Shown: positions 49,291 through 58,075 of the stretch, piece by piece
Layout of the letters: every line of letters starts with the position of its first letter
How positions within the stretch are numbered: the stretch's first letter is position 1
Source: an uncultured Eubacteriales bacterium
Lineage (GTDB): Bacteria > Bacillota > Clostridia > Christensenellales > CAG-138
Direction of reading: 5' to 3'
Assembly (NCBI GenBank): GCA_902787375.1
Contig: CADAGD010000004.1
Location: 28,018-92,017, forward strand
Length of the DNA stretch: 64,000 nt
Translations under genes and position numbers: made by a program
The notes under the pieces: generated by a model
Databases searched by the model: none
The model's input: the letters and a program-made list of their open reading frames with translations, nothing else
Told to the model about the DNA's origin: nothing

Positions 49291-49382
49291 CGATTAACTA
49301 ACATCGTTTCTTAACACTACACGCCCACACGGCTCTCTTTGGTCGCAAATTCAACACCCTCATTGCGTTGCTGAGTTAATCG
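49291..49382. repeat. 92-bp element bounded by perfect 9-bp inverted repeats (CGATTAACT / AGTTAATCG)
   Basis: Located 18 nt downstream of the rsmA stop. Its core matches 19960-19998 at about 34/39 by eye (in reverse orientation). Confidence 0.65.
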
Positions 49383-49400
49383 GCGTTTACCTATATCACG

Positions 49401-50219
49401 TCAATCTGAGTTTTCAAGCTCTAAGACTTGAGCGAGAGATACAAACTGCTCCGGGGAAAGCTCCTCCGCTCTTGCGGAAGGAGGAATATCCGATTTTTCA
49501 AGGAGTGACGCGGAGGTTTTTCTGTCAAGTCCCATAGCGGAGAGGTTATTGACGAGCGTCTTCCTGCGCATGGCGAACGCGCATTTCAAAAGTCGCGGCA
49601 GGTTTGACGGAAGCTGAAATCCTCTGCTTTCAAATCGGAGAACGCGGGAGGCTACATCCGGCTGCGGATAATAAGACGCGGGGGAGAGGTCTAATAAGGA
49701 AGTGATGTCAAAGCGCAGGCGGGCAAGTATTGCGAGCGGCACATAGTTCTTGTCCTTGGGCTGAGCCGTGAATCTGTCCGCCGCCTCCTTCTGCATCATA
49801 AGCGTCATACTGCGGATGGGAAGGGCTGAGGTGACAAGCCGCATACATATGGGACTTGTGATATAGTAGGGCAGATTGCCTACAACGGAAAGCTCCCCGC
49901 CGCCAAGCTCCCGATGGATGGCGGAAAGATCGGCCTTCATAAAATCGACATTTATGACCTTGGCGTTTTTGGGAAGCTGCCCTTCAAGTACGGAACAGAG
50001 GTTGCTGTCAAGCTCTATTGCGGCGAGCGGAAGCCCTGATTCTGCAAGCGGGAGCGTGAGTGCGCCAAGCCCCGGCCCTATCTCGATAATGGGAAGCAAG
50101 GGAGCCGTCGCGGAGGAAACTATACTTTCGATTGCGCTTTCGTCAATCAGGAAATTCTGCCCCAAGGCCTTGTTGGGGGAAATGCCAAGCTCGTTTACGG
50201 ATTCTCTTGATGTTTTCAT
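49401..50219 (-). CDS. rsmA: 16S rRNA (adenine1518/1519-N6)-dimethyltransferase RsmA/KsgA
   Basis: LGQNFL, EIGPGLGALT SAM motif, GNLPYYI. Confidence 0.93.
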   Translation of the reverse strand: MKTSRESVNELGISPNKALGQNFLIDESAIESIVSSATAPLLPIIEIGPGLGALTLPLAESGLPLAAIELDSNLCSVLEGQLPKNAKVINVDFMKADLSAIHRELGGGELSVVGNLPYYITSPICMRLVTSALPIRSMTLMMQKEAADRFTAQPKDKNYVPLAILARLRFDITSLLDLSPASYYPQPDVASRVLRFESRGFQLPSNLPRLLKCAFAMRRKTLVNNLSAMGLDRKTSASLLEKSDIPPSARAEELSPEQFVSLAQVLELENSD

Positions 50220-50228
50220 ATACTGCTC

Positions 50229-51542
50229 TTAATTGATATAAAGCCCTTTGGGAATATGGTTTTTCAGCGTACCGTCAACAGCTTTTCCAAAGCCTATGGG
50301 AAACGCACCGTGTTCGGTGTTCACAGTAACACGGCAGTAACCGCGAAGCTCGTTCGGGCAGGGAACGGTGTTGCCGGAAAGAAATCTGAAAAGCTCCGAC
50401 GAATCGGAAGGGAATCCCACCTCGCGGCTGAATCCTTCCAATGCCGCCATGAAGAAAGTATGCGACGGTTCAAAGCGTCCTTTGCGAGGCTCCCCAAGCT
50501 CGATTCCGCAGGTGACGGGGTGGAGCTTCAATACCTCGGCGGGCATGTCGTGCGGTATGAGCCTGATTTTGCCGCCTGCCATGTGTATTATTCCGTCGGG
50601 AAGCCCATTTTCGAGCATGTCCGACATGAAGTCGTCAAGGAGCCGGAGTGTCGCTTTATCTTTAAGGGGCGGTATGCCTGCACGGGCTTCAAAGGAATTT
50701 CCGTCCCGCCTCATGCGGCAGACAAAATGCCCTTCTCCGCAGGAGGTGTGAGGATACAGACGCTCCGAGAACTCGACCGAAAAATCATCGTGACGGCTCA
50801 AAAAGCTTTCTATCACACTCTCGTTCTCCTCCTCGGAGAATGTGCAGGTGGAATAGACGATACATCCGCCGCCGCGCACGCATTCCGCCGCGCTTTCAAG
50901 TATCAAGCTCTGCCTTTCGGCGCAGGCTTTGACATGCTCAGGCGACCATTCGGCAATGGCACCGACGTCCTTGCGAAACATGCCCTCGCCTGAGCATGGA
51001 GCGTCAACCATGACGATGTCAAAGAAGCGGGGGAGAGCCGATGCGATGGCTTCGGGATGCGCGTTTATGACGGAAGCATTGGTGACGCCAAGACGTTCCA
51101 TGTTCTGAGCCAGCAGACGCGCGCGCTTTGGAACTATCTCGTTGGCAACAAGAATGCCCCGACCGCGCATCTTGGCTGCAACGCCGCCCGTCTTTCCGCC
51201 CGGAGCGGCGCATAGATCGAGTACGCGCAGCCCGGAGCCGTCCGCGGGGCTTGCCGCGACCGCGCTCATAGCGGAAGGCTCCTGCATGTAAAACAGTCCT
51301 GCGACATGATATGGATGCCGTCCGACATTGTCCGCGCCGTGAACGATAAAACCCTCGTCGAGTATGTGCGTCGGCTCAAGTCTCCACGGACTTATGTCAA
51401 AAAAGCTTTCGGCGTCGATGCGAAGCGTGTTGACGCGCAGACCGCGAACGGGGGGATTGTTATAGCAGCTTATGAATGCGTCATATTCGCCGCCCAGAAG
51501 CGTCCTCATGCGCGATGTGAATTTTTCGGGAAGCTCTGTCAT
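50229..51542 (-). CDS. NOL1/NOP2/Sun-family rRNA m5C methyltransferase (RsmB/RsmF-like)
   Basis: DLCAAPGGKT SAM motif, DAPCSGEG catalytic motif, YSTCT. Confidence 0.85.
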   Translation of the reverse strand: MTELPEKFTSRMRTLLGGEYDAFISCYNNPPVRGLRVNTLRIDAESFFDISPWRLEPTHILDEGFIVHGADNVGRHPYHVAGLFYMQEPSAMSAVAASPADGSGLRVLDLCAAPGGKTGGVAAKMRGRGILVANEIVPKRARLLAQNMERLGVTNASVINAHPEAIASALPRFFDIVMVDAPCSGEGMFRKDVGAIAEWSPEHVKACAERQSLILESAAECVRGGGCIVYSTCTFSEEENESVIESFLSRHDDFSVEFSERLYPHTSCGEGHFVCRMRRDGNSFEARAGIPPLKDKATLRLLDDFMSDMLENGLPDGIIHMAGGKIRLIPHDMPAEVLKLHPVTCGIELGEPRKGRFEPSHTFFMAALEGFSREVGFPSDSSELFRFLSGNTVPCPNELRGYCRVTVNTEHGAFPIGFGKAVDGTLKNHIPKGLYIN

Positions 51543-51693
51543 TGGTGTTCTCCGTGATTTTTGTTGCTGTAATTATAGTATTAAACCGCGAAAAGGTCAA
51601 CAGGCAAAAGCCTTGCGAATAACAAAAGCCCGCCTGTTGGAAGCGAGCTTTGCAAGTCAACATCATATTATTCGGGGTTAAAAGCTGCCGTAA

Positions 51694-51936
51694 TTACTCG
51701 GCAACGTAGGGCAGAAGAGCAACCTGACGAGCGGTCTTGATGGCCTTTGCAAGTGTCCTCTGATGCTCGGCGCAGACGCCGCTCATACGACGGGGCATTA
51801 TTTTGCCGCGCTCGGTGATGAATTTGCGCAGACGCGCAGTATCCTTATAATCAATATGCTCAACCTTATCCACGCAAAACTGGCAAACCTTGCGCCTGCT
51901 CTTCTTGGGACGGGGCTTCATTTTACGATCTTCCAT
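51694..51936 (-). CDS. rpsR: 30S ribosomal protein S18
   Basis: AAGGAG RBS plus ATG at 51936 (trimmed from the GTG at 51954). CQFC...IDYKD...[11 protein letters not shown]. Confidence 0.95.
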   Translation of the reverse strand: MEDRKMKPRPKKSRRKVCQFCVDKVEHIDYKDTARLRKFITERGKIMPRRMSGVCAEHQRTLAKAIKTARQVALLPYVAE

Positions 51937-51958
51937 GACAGTATCTCCTTTCACAAAA

Positions 51959-52462
51959 TCAGAATGGCAAATCGGAATCGGTTATTTCGGTAAAGCCGCC
52001 GGAAATATCACCGAAGGCAGTACCGGTCATATTATCGTTGGAGGGGGTATCGTTCCAACCGGAGCCCTGACGACGCTCGCCGTAGCCTGTGGGAGTACCC
52101 TGCTGGCTCTGGGGATAGCCACCCTGCTGACCATAACCTGACGACTCACGGGGGCTGAGGAACTCAACCTCATCCGCTGTCACCTCAAGGGAAGCGCGCA
52201 TGGAGCCATCCTTGCCCTCGTATGCGCGGGCGGAAACCTCGCCTATAACGCAGACCTTCTTGCCCTTGGCAAGATAACGGCTGCAGTTTTCGCCAAGCTG
52301 CCTCCAGGCGGCGACTCTGAAGAAGTCGGTCTGGCGCTCATCCTTGTTTGACGAATAGCGGCGGTTTACCGCGACGGTGAATGTGCAGACGCTTATTCCC
52401 GAAGGTATAGTGCGAAGTTCGGGATCAGCCGTGAGATTACCGATTATTGTAAGTTTGTTCAT
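51959..52462 (-). CDS. ssb: single-stranded DNA-binding protein
   Basis: [19 protein letters not shown]-fold, Gly/Gln-rich tail ending in DLPF. Confidence 0.95.
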   Translation of the reverse strand: MNKLTIIGNLTADPELRTIPSGISVCTFTVAVNRRYSSNKDERQTDFFRVAAWRQLGENCSRYLAKGKKVCVIGEVSARAYEGKDGSMRASLEVTADEVEFLSPRESSGYGQQGGYPQSQQGTPTGYGERRQGSGWNDTPSNDNMTGTAFGDISGGFTEITDSDLPF

Positions 52463-52507
52463 TACGGTTCCTTTCTAAAAGACGTATATCCAAAGGATAT
52501 TGAAAGC

Positions 52508-52798
52508 TTACCTGCGCTCGACTATATAACGCATGATGCGCTCGTCATTCTTAAGGTTACGCTGCAGCTCGGCGGGAACCTCACCCTCGGACTCGAAGAG
52601 TACCAGTACATAGTAACCCTCGGTCTTGTAGTTGATGGGGTATGCAAGACGGCGCTTGCCCCACTCGTCGATCTGCTCGATTTCACCGCCGTTATCGGTG
52701 ATGACCTTTGCGAACTTCTCGATTACGGATTTGATCTCCTCCTCGGTCAGCTCAGCATTGATGACGTACAGATTTTCATACTTATTCACAATTTTCAC
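52508..52798 (-). CDS. rpsF: 30S ribosomal protein S6
   Basis: YENLYVIN...WGKRRLAYPI. Confidence 0.95.
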   Translation of the reverse strand: MKIVNKYENLYVINAELTEEEIKSVIEKFAKVITDNGGEIEQIDEWGKRRLAYPINYKTEGYYVLVLFESEGEVPAELQRNLKNDERIMRYIVERR

Positions 52799-52976
52799 CT
52801 CCTTGTGGTCTGTTGACCCCTTTTATGTAAGGGGTAAGTATGGTGTTGACGACGCATTATACCATAATACGGCGGAGCTTACAAGAGCAAAAATGCCCGT
52901 ATGCACAGTATATTTTACCGACGAAAAAAACGAGGCATTTCCGCTCGGGATACGCCTCGTTAAAACAATATACAGA

Positions 52977-53945
52977 TTATGCGTCAAGCCCCTCTGTGCC
53001 GCAGACGACCCTTGAGGTTATCTCGCCGCTTTCCCAGCCGATTATCAGGCATCCGATCGCGTCGGGCATGACGATTTTTATTTTACCCTCTCCGTCCTTT
53101 GTCAATATCAGAGTGCGCCCGTATGGGATATATACGCTGCTGTCGGGTTCCTTCCCGTTTATTGCAATATGCGTCGCATCGTCGAACGTAAAATACCTTC
53201 CGTCGGCCGCTGCTTCTTCAAATATTTCATCATCATATTTTATCGTTTCTATGGGCTTCGTATGGTTCTCGTCCTCATAGAATGTGATGGTGCCGGGTGT
53301 TAAGGTTATTTTTTCCGCCGTCCCGTCACGGTCGATGTCGATATTTACAGTCATCACGGTATCAGCGTCTGTGCTTCCAATGCCGAGGAAGTTAAGCTCG
53401 AATACAGCACCGTTGTCAATGTAATCCTCTACTGAATCACAATGCTTTAAATCGTCCACGGAATCGGAGAATAAAACCATATCGCGGCCTAAAAATCTCC
53501 AGTAATCAGTAGGCGCGGATAAACCCGATACAACTATCGCGTTCGAAAGCTCGAAACCTTTGGGCTCTACATCGTCTTCGGGTACGAGAGTGACGTCACG
53601 GTAGGACAGTGACTCGGTTCCCATGCTTGCGATGTCGATCCTTTTATCGAATAGATTCACGAACCATGCCTCGGTATTATTGCTGACACGATAATACATA
53701 TCCTCTCCGTCGATGAATATTGAATAGGATTCACCGAAATACTCGTTTTTTTCAGCCGTGAGCTTGTTCTTTACACCGTCGCCGTCAATATCAATTTCAA
53801 GACCGCTCTCAATAAGTGTATCCACATCGACACGCACCTTCTCGCCCTCAAGTACGCGAGCCTCAATGCTTTTGTCCTTTTGGCATCCCCAAAACGCGGA
53901 CAGCATTGATAATGATACCATAAGACATATAGCTTTTGTTTTCAT
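52977..53945 (-). CDS. putative lipoprotein with DxDxDG calcium-binding-like motifs
   Basis: ATG at 53945 (MKTKAICLMV..., lipobox FWG|C). Motifs DIDGDGVKN and DIDRDGTAE. Confidence 0.7.
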   Translation of the reverse strand: MKTKAICLMVSLSMLSAFWGCQKDKSIEARVLEGEKVRVDVDTLIESGLEIDIDGDGVKNKLTAEKNEYFGESYSIFIDGEDMYYRVSNNTEAWFVNLFDKRIDIASMGTESLSYRDVTLVPEDDVEPKGFELSNAIVVSGLSAPTDYWRFLGRDMVLFSDSVDDLKHCDSVEDYIDNGAVFELNFLGIGSTDADTVMTVNIDIDRDGTAEKITLTPGTITFYEDENHTKPIETIKYDDEIFEEAAADGRYFTFDDATHIAINGKEPDSSVYIPYGRTLILTKDGEGKIKIVMPDAIGCLIIGWESGEITSRVVCGTEGLDA

Positions 53946-54124
53946 ATAAAATACCCTACCTTTCAAGGAATTAAAGACATTATACAATATTTTCAGGGAA
54001 GGGTCAATACTGTTAGCCGAAAAAAGCTTATATAAATGTTTTAAACAAGAATCCTCCGCTGTTTACAAAAAGCGTCATAGGATGTAAAATAGCGGCATAA
54101 AAGCTTTGAAGGAGGGGCGGCGCG

Positions 54125-54673
54125 ATGAGCAGTATAAGAAGATTTGATGAATCCGAATTTGTGACGAGCGAATGGAGCGGAGGAACCACGACGCAGCTAT
54201 ACATAGACGAGGGCGGATCGTATGCCGAGAGGCGGTTCCGCGTCAGGATAAGCACAGCGACGGTTGATATCGAGGAGTCCGTATTCACGCGGCTTGAGGG
54301 CGTTCGACGATTCCTCACGCCTCTCTGCGCGGGCTTTGAGCTTACCGTGAACAATGCGGATATGAAGCTTGCTCGCGGCGAGGTGCTTGAGTTTTCGGGT
54401 GATGACGATGTAACCTGCCGCGGTTCGGGACGCGACCTGAATCTGATGCTCAAGGATGCCGAGGGCAGAATGTTCATAGCGGATGGGAACGTCGATGTGT
54501 CGGGGTATGAGTATGCCTTCGTGTTTGCGCCGGAGGAGCTTTTCATCGAGGATGCCGACAGCGGCGAAGGGACAAAGCTCGCTGTGTTCTCGTTTGCGAG
54601 GCTGAGGGGCGGAAAATACATATTGTCACGTCCTGCGGTGCTGTTTGTTGCGAATGTAACGCTTGACATTTAA
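54125..54673 (+). CDS. HutD/Ves-family protein
   Basis: W-x-GG-x-T near the N-terminus, FTRLEGVRRFLTPL, DLNLML. Confidence 0.72.
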   Translation: MSSIRRFDESEFVTSEWSGGTTTQLYIDEGGSYAERRFRVRISTATVDIEESVFTRLEGVRRFLTPLCAGFELTVNNADMKLARGEVLEFSGDDDVTCRGSGRDLNLMLKDAEGRMFIADGNVDVSGYEYAFVFAPEELFIEDADSGEGTKLAVFSFARLRGGKYILSRPAVLFVANVTLDI

Positions 54674-54723
54674 ATGGAAAAAGTATATAATTAAAAAAAC
54701 AAAGAATAAATATCCGGGAGGTT

Positions 54724-55332
54724 ATGACAATGAGTAAGCGAATAATAACCGTCAGCAGGCAGTTTGGCAGCGGCGGCAGAACCATAGCAAAGGCAGTCGC
54801 GGAGAGGCTTGGCATAGCCTATTATGATAAGGAGCTTATAAAGAAGGTAGCTGAGAAAACAGGGTTTTCCTCGGAATACATAGAGGAAAACGGCGAATAC
54901 GCTCCGGGCAGGAGCATATTCTCGTTGGCTTCAAGCTATATCGGGGCTCCCCGTGTGATGGGCGGCATGAGCGCGTATGACTATCTGTGGGTGGTTCAGC
55001 GCAACGCCATACTGGAGATAGTGGAGAAGGAGCCCTGCGTCATAGTCGGACGCTGTGCGGACTACATACTCAAGGATCGCAATGACGTGCTTAATGTGTA
55101 TATCCATGCGCCAATGGAGGCGAGAGCGGAGCGAATAGTCAGGCTCTACGGTGAGAGCGAGAAAAAGCCTGAGGACAGGCTCAAGGAAAAGGATTCCAAA
55201 CGCGCCATCAATTATAAGCATTTCACGGGCGAAACATGGGGCGATGCAAGGAACTATGACCTGTGCCTTAACAGCGAGAAGATAGGCATTGAGAAATGCG
55301 TTGAGATGATTATTGAGCTTGCAAAACAGTAA
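54724..55332 (+). CDS. cytidylate kinase-like family (AAA_33-type) protein
   Basis: ITVSRQFGSGGRTIAKAVAERLG P-loop-like N-terminus typical of this family. Confidence 0.8.
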   Translation: MTMSKRIITVSRQFGSGGRTIAKAVAERLGIAYYDKELIKKVAEKTGFSSEYIEENGEYAPGRSIFSLASSYIGAPRVMGGMSAYDYLWVVQRNAILEIVEKEPCVIVGRCADYILKDRNDVLNVYIHAPMEARAERIVRLYGESEKKPEDRLKEKDSKRAINYKHFTGETWGDARNYDLCLNSEKIGIEKCVEMIIELAKQ

Positions 55333-56264
55333 TGAGGGATATCTATTCAATGGAATACCCAAATCACCTGAGAAAAAAGCGGCTTGTCAGGGTACTTTTG
55401 GGAGTGCTTGCGGCAATGCTCCTTTTCTGTGCTTTGGGTTGTTTTGAAATAAAAAACGATGACCAAATGAGCGCATCAATTCCAACACAGCAGCTTACCG
55501 AACAACCGATGCCGGAGCCGACAGAGCAACCGACACAGGAACCGACGCAGGAGCCGACTTTGCAGCCACCGGAGGAGCAGTTCAGATATGAGGATGTTCT
55601 GAGTTTTAAAAAAGCTCCGGTAATAGCGGATACATATTTTACAAACCGCTTAAAATTGGCTTATGAAGCGTTTTCGAAAAAGACTGCTTTTGTTGTTGCA
55701 AAGGTGCTTTCGATTAAATCCTATTATGGCTGGGAGAAGGACTGCAGCGTGTACGGGTGGATGACCGTCGAGGCACTTGTTCTTGAGGTGAAGGATGAGT
55801 TCAATTCCGCCGGAGTTAAGCCCGGAGATGTATTGATGCTGAGAGAGGATTCAAAGATTTGCTTTGAAAAAGCAGAGGATAGATATGCCTTTTTCTCTGA
55901 ACACCATAATACGACAATAGCGAACTATGAAGAGTTTGAGGCACTTACGAATGAGGTTGGGGGCTTTTTCCAAGTGCTGCCGAAGGAAGGTATTGATTAT
56001 AGGCTTTCACTTTGGCCTGATGAATATCCGCTGATAGTTGGCGAAAGGTATGCAATGTTCTGTTGTATGAGTGATGAAACGACGGAATACGGAATGCCGC
56101 AAAGCTTCCTGTTTTATGTATATCCAATGGACAGATGGATCGACCTTGAGGGGCTTGTAAGGGATTATGAATTTGAAATTTGCGATGAATACATAACCGT
56201 ATCCGAACAGCTTGCCGCCTTGTTCAGACATACCGAACACATTGGGGAGAGCATGATAAAATAG
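55332..56264 (+). CDS. lipoprotein, family B copy 1 (Pro/Thr/Glu/Gln linker)
   Basis: Lipobox-like CALG|C and EQPTQEPTQEPT linker. The body is near-identical in long stretches to copy 3. Confidence 0.75.
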   Translation: MRDIYSMEYPNHLRKKRLVRVLLGVLAAMLLFCALGCFEIKNDDQMSASIPTQQLTEQPMPEPTEQPTQEPTQEPTLQPPEEQFRYEDVLSFKKAPVIADTYFTNRLKLAYEAFSKKTAFVVAKVLSIKSYYGWEKDCSVYGWMTVEALVLEVKDEFNSAGVKPGDVLMLREDSKICFEKAEDRYAFFSEHHNTTIANYEEFEALTNEVGGFFQVLPKEGIDYRLSLWPDEYPLIVGERYAMFCCMSDETTEYGMPQSFLFYVYPMDRWIDLEGLVRDYEFEICDEYITVSEQLAALFRHTEHIGESMIK

Positions 56265-56287
56265 TTGACTGAGAAGGGAGCGTAAAT

Positions 56288-57130
56288 GTGAGAAGGCTTT
56301 TGTTGCTGCTTGCGGCGATCGTTCTTGCCGCTTCTGGCTGCGTAAACCGTGAACCCGATAATAATAAAAGCGCGGCTATCCCAACACAGCAGCTTACCAT
56401 TCAGCCGACGCTTGCGCCAACTGAGCAACCAACGCTTGCACCGACCGAGCAGCCAGCGCAAGACGATTCCGAGCTTACCTATGAGGAACTGCTTGATTTG
56501 CCGCGTGTATATGGTAATCCGAGGTATCGCATTGATTATTATTGGACTTTACAGGATGCTTTTGAAGATTATACCGACGCGGTTGTTGCATCACTCGATA
56601 TACTTTCTGTTAAGTTTTACTACGGTTGGGATTATAGTCGTACTGGAACCGGCTATACCATTGTTGAGGCACGCATCAACTCCGTATTGGATGAGTATAA
56701 TACCGCTAATGCAAAGCCGGGCGATATTGTGCAGATATATCAATCAAGCTATATCGTTTTCAGCGAGCGTAAGGACTTATATGCTTTCTTTTCGAAGAAG
56801 TATAATACAACGATAAGCGGAGATGCTGCGTTTATGGAGCTTAAGGAGAGGGAAGAAGGCTTCTTCCGGATAGTCCCGGAAAAGGATAAGGAATATGTGT
56901 ACCATATTGCTGAAGATGAATTTCCTTTTAAAGTGGGAGAAAGCTATACGATGCTCTGCGCATTCGGCGGAAATAAACTGAATGAAGATGGCAAGCCATA
57001 TTGGTACGGCTCATATATATGCCCGGTTAAAAGGGATATGAACCTTATAAATATCGCAGAGAGATACAAGCTTGAGTACGCCGTGGATCGGATAGCGGTA
57101 GCCGAGCAGATTTCCGTGTTGTTCAGGTAG
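56288..57130 (+). CDS. lipoprotein, family B copy 2 (divergent body)
   Basis: GTG start with GGAG RBS, lipobox AASG|C. The 5' end is near-identical to copy 3. Confidence 0.75.
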   Translation: MRRLLLLLAAIVLAASGCVNREPDNNKSAAIPTQQLTIQPTLAPTEQPTLAPTEQPAQDDSELTYEELLDLPRVYGNPRYRIDYYWTLQDAFEDYTDAVVASLDILSVKFYYGWDYSRTGTGYTIVEARINSVLDEYNTANAKPGDIVQIYQSSYIVFSERKDLYAFFSKKYNTTISGDAAFMELKEREEGFFRIVPEKDKEYVYHIAEDEFPFKVGESYTMLCAFGGNKLNEDGKPYWYGSYICPVKRDMNLINIAERYKLEYAVDRIAVAEQISVLFR

Positions 57131-57169
57131 TATTAGAGCAAATGCAGAGTATGGGAAAGGAGCGTAAAA

Positions 57170-58045
57170 GTGAGAAGGCTTTTGTTGTTGCTTGCGGCGA
57201 TGGCTCTTGCCGTTTCGGGCTGCGTAAACCGTGAAACAAACGATAATAAAAACGCCGCGATTCCAACACAGCAGCTTACCGAGCAACCGACGCCGGAGCC
57301 GACAGAGCAACCGACACAGGAACCGACGCAGGAGCCGACTTTGCAGCCACCGGAGGAGCAGTTCAAATATGAGGATGTCATTAATATTAAAAACAAGGTT
57401 CCTAGGATAGTTGATGGTATAGAACCTTATAGTTTGAAAGATGCTTATGGGTTCTCTCCGTCTATCGCTTTTGTTGTCGCAAGAGTACTCTCAATTAAAT
57501 ATTATTTTGGTTGGGAAGAAGATGATTTTTTTGACGGATGGACTACAGTTGAGGCACTTGTTCTTGAGGTGAAGGATGAGTTCAATTCCGCCGGAGTTAA
57601 GCCCGGAGATGTATTGATGCTGAGAGAGGATTCAAATATTTGTTTTGAAAAAAAAGAGGATAGAAATGACTTTTTCTCCGAACACCATAATACGACAATA
57701 GCGAGCAATGAAGAACTTGAGGCACTTATGCACAATGAGTATGGCTTTTTCCAAGTGCTGCCGAAGGAAGGGGTTGATTATATACTTTCACTTTGGCCTG
57801 ATGAATATCCGCTGATAGTTGGCGAAAGGTATGCAATGTTCTGTTGTATGAGTGATGAAACGACGGAATACGGAATGCCGGGAAGTTTACTGTTCAATGT
57901 ATATCCAATGGACAGATGGATCGACCTTGAGGGGCTTGTAAGTAACTATGGATTTGATCTTTGCGATGAATACATAACCGTATCCAAGCAGCTTGCCGCC
58001 TTGTTCAGACATACCGAACACATTGGGGAGAGCATGATAAAATAA
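57170..58045 (+). CDS. lipoprotein, family B copy 3 (mosaic of copies 1 and 2)
   Basis: GTG start with GGAG RBS, lipobox AVSG|C. The linker, body and 3' end match copy 1. Confidence 0.75.
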   Translation: MRRLLLLLAAMALAVSGCVNRETNDNKNAAIPTQQLTEQPTPEPTEQPTQEPTQEPTLQPPEEQFKYEDVINIKNKVPRIVDGIEPYSLKDAYGFSPSIAFVVARVLSIKYYFGWEEDDFFDGWTTVEALVLEVKDEFNSAGVKPGDVLMLREDSNICFEKKEDRNDFFSEHHNTTIASNEELEALMHNEYGFFQVLPKEGVDYILSLWPDEYPLIVGERYAMFCCMSDETTEYGMPGSLLFNVYPMDRWIDLEGLVSNYGFDLCDEYITVSKQLAALFRHTEHIGESMIK

Positions 58046-58075
58046 ACGTAAATTATATTTGGAGGAATTATACAT

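Noticed and set aside
49309-49347. GAGCCGTGT... resembling the start of a group II intron domain V
   Set aside because: No complementary 3' arm (ACACGGYTC) follows, there is no RT/maturase ORF, and there are no other intron domains.
54028-54669. 213-aa Ser-rich minus-strand ORF
   Set aside because: It is antisense to the HutD-family gene, which carries family motifs. No RBS.
55480-57350. Short direct repeats (CCGACNCAGGAACCGAC...) considered as a CRISPR or tandem-repeat locus
   Set aside because: They lie in frame inside lipoprotein genes and encode P/T/E/Q linkers. There is no repeat-spacer periodicity and there are no cas genes.
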